Of a DNA stretch of 64,000 nt, positions 62,901-64,000 are shown piece after piece. Under the pieces are notes generated by a model, which did no database searches, had not been told where the DNA came from, and was given only the letters and a program-made list of their open reading frames with translations. A program made the translations under genes and the position numbers. Numbering within the stretch: the first letter of the stretch is position 1; the number at the start of each line of letters is the position of its first letter. Source of the stretch: Mustelus asterias (lineage: Eukaryota); NCBI RefSeq assembly GCF_964213995.1, contig NC_135823.1, positions 68,076,001 through 68,140,000 of the forward strand, read 5' to 3'.

Positions 62901-63456
62901 AAAAGAGTGATCTAGTTTGGACCAGGGAGCGGGGCGGGCTAATTGTTCCTGGTTTCTCGTTTCAAGGCTTCATTCTACGATCATCTTGCTGGTGCCAGTA
63001 CAGAGTGAGACTGCGGATAGTTGGGAACCTGTCTCGGGGGCAGGGGATTCATATGGTGTTCGTGGAAGTGGAAATGACTAGGGTTGGGAAGCATTTTCCG
63101 ATCGGGGCCATTGTGATCTCCTGGACTCGTTTCGATCGCCTCAGGGGGTCGGAGAGGAATTTCCCAGATTTTTTTTTCCCCATATTGGCCCTGGGGTTTT
63201 TCACTCTGGGTTTTCGCCTCTCCCTGGAGATCACATGGTCTGGAATGGGGGGGTGGGGGTAAGTTAATAGGTTGTAATGAACAAAGCATCGTAGCTGTGA
63301 GGGACAGCTCGGTGGATAGGATATTGGTATGTAGATAGGCTGGAAAATTGGGCGGGGATCCTGGATTCAGGATTCAATCCTGGACCGGGGAGCGGCGCGG
63401 GCTTGGAGGGCCGAAGGGCCTGTTCCTGTGCTGTATTGTTCTTTGTTCTTTGTTCT
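59930..63456 (+). mobile_element. Young CR1 LINE: ORF1 C-terminus, intact ORF2 and long 3' UTR
   Basis: ORF1 end GTNILAGSFANAIRGGLN*; (TTCTTTG)n tail; TSD TTGTTGT at 59923-59929 and 63457-63463. Confidence 0.96.
59991..62915 (+). CDS. CR1 ORF2, APE endonuclease plus reverse transcriptase (974 codons; true start uncertain)
   Basis: FNARS, VTETW, YRPP, GDFN, LDLV, SDH; YRPVSL, QHGF, DFSKAFD, GVPQGSVLGP, KFADD; no interruptions. Confidence 0.93.
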   Translation: MWQGGGDQTIRSISVVAGDELGAGTRLAKKKSTLGEDDLTEPGGLECLYFNARSVAGKTDELGALMRTRNLDVVAVTETWLKEGQDWQLNIPGYKCFRRDRGGAKRGGGVAVLVGEHITAVQREDNSEESCSESLWVELRNRKGAVTMLGVYYRPPNSPREVEEWICQEILDRCRKYRVVVVGDFNFPGIDWKSLRAGTLDGEAFVKCVQEGSLEQYVDSPTREGAILDLVLGNEPGQVFKVLVGEHVANSDHNSVSFRIVMEKDEWCPKGKVLDWGKANFIGIRQKLAALDWERLFEGKSTSGMWQSFKERLLGLQDKHVPVKKKDRKGRIREPWITREIEGLVKRKREAYVRSKQLKTEGALEEYNESRKILKRGIRRAKRGHEMFLADRIKENPKAFYSYVRNKRVVREKIGPLRDKSGDLCLEPKEVGEILNEYFASVFTKERDVLTGSVSEGSVEPLEKISITKEEVLGLLENIKTDKSPGPDGIYPRLLRETRGEIVGPLTQIFVSSLDTGEVPEDWRIANVVPLFKKGRKDNPGNYRPVSLTSVVGKLLEKILKDRMYAHLERNKLINDSQHGFVRGRSCLTNLVVFFEEVTKMVDEGRAVDVVYMDFSKAFDKVPHGRLVKKVGSHGIKGEVARWVENWLGHRRQRVVVEGSFSGWRPVTSGVPQGSVLGPLLFVIYINDLEEGVTGVISKFADDTKLAGLADSEEHCQRLQKDIDRLEIWARKWQMEFNPDKCEVMHFGGNNVGRSYMINGRTIKGVETQRDLGVQVHRSLKVTSQVEKVVKKAYGMLAFIGRGIEYKSWGLMLQMYRTLVRPHLEYCVQFWSPHYQKDVEALERVQRRFTRMLPGMEGLGYEERMGKLGLFSLERRRMRGDLIEVYKIMKGIDRVNGGKLFPGSVVTFTRGHRFKVKGGRFNTDIRRTYFTQRVVGAWNVLPGKVVEADTLGTFKTYLDSYMNGVGMEGYKRVI

Positions 63457-63540
63457 TTGTTGTGCATTTTATCAGAGTCTGACGCAAGATGAAATGAATA
63501 TTTCAGTCTATGCCTTCAATCAGATCAATATTAACTTCAA

Positions 63541-63669
63541 TGGCCAGAATTTTACCACCCCACCCACCATGGGAATTGGAGCGGGCAAGGGGCGGACAAT
63601 TTGAAGGTCAATTGATCTCGGGCGAGGTTTTACAGTTTCGGGACGAACGAGGCCGTAAAATCCCACCCA
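63541..63669. mobile_element. About 130-bp MITE-like element
   Basis: TGGCCAGAATTTTAC ... GTAAAATCCCACCCA; homologous to 9749-9877. Confidence 0.7.
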
Positions 63670-64000
63670 TCATCTTGAATATAGTGCAACAAGGAACCTA
63701 GACTTAGGAGACAGGGGAAAGAGAGTTATATAAGAGCAACAGGAAGACAGAGAAACCCAGATAACAAATAAATTAGTTTAATAGGAAACAACTAAGACCC
63801 TCTGTTTTTAAATATGCAATTTTTTAATAAAAAGAATTTTAATGAAAATCTCAATTTTCTTAAATGATCAATTAAGCCGGAGTAGTTTCTTTATGACCAT
63901 TGCTACATGATTAATGGAAGAAAATGTCATACTGAAAACACAGATTAATGTCAAAAATGACCTGTGACCGAAACACGTGTAGGACTAAGCAGCTTAATTA

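Noticed and set aside
1-64000. CRISPR arrays, operons or other prokaryotic or viral systems
   Set aside because: No repeat-spacer arrays or such genes; all RT ORFs are non-LTR retrotransposon ORF2.

Overview
Vertebrate nuclear DNA, almost certainly an elasmobranch (shark/ray), judged from HE1/V-SINE-type SINEs, HER1-like CR1 LINEs and Deu-domain (SacSINE1-like) SINEs. The only host coding sequence I can support is one 423-bp internal exon of CPPED1 (30407-30829, + strand); the rest looks like the two large flanking introns. These are filled with nested CR1 LINEs (one with an intact 974-codon ORF2), Rex-Babar, L2-like, RTE and Penelope-like fragments, several SINE families, probable solo LTRs and short TIR elements. 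Most interesting: (1) a U_UUA_AAC-UAG slippery site at the ORF1/ORF2 junction of two different CR1 subfamilies, with ORF2 in the -1 frame and no usable AUG; (2) a U2 snRNA(1-37)-headed, internally deleted Keno/Tx1-like element far from any U2 gene; (3) a 156-bp inverted templated insertion copied from 3.4 kb away; (4) Penelope-like elements with minimal hammerhead ribozymes, one disabled by a 25-bp micro-inversion, and one with twin-priming-like geometry. Repeat family names come from recalled similarity, not database searches; boundaries of old repeats are approximate.
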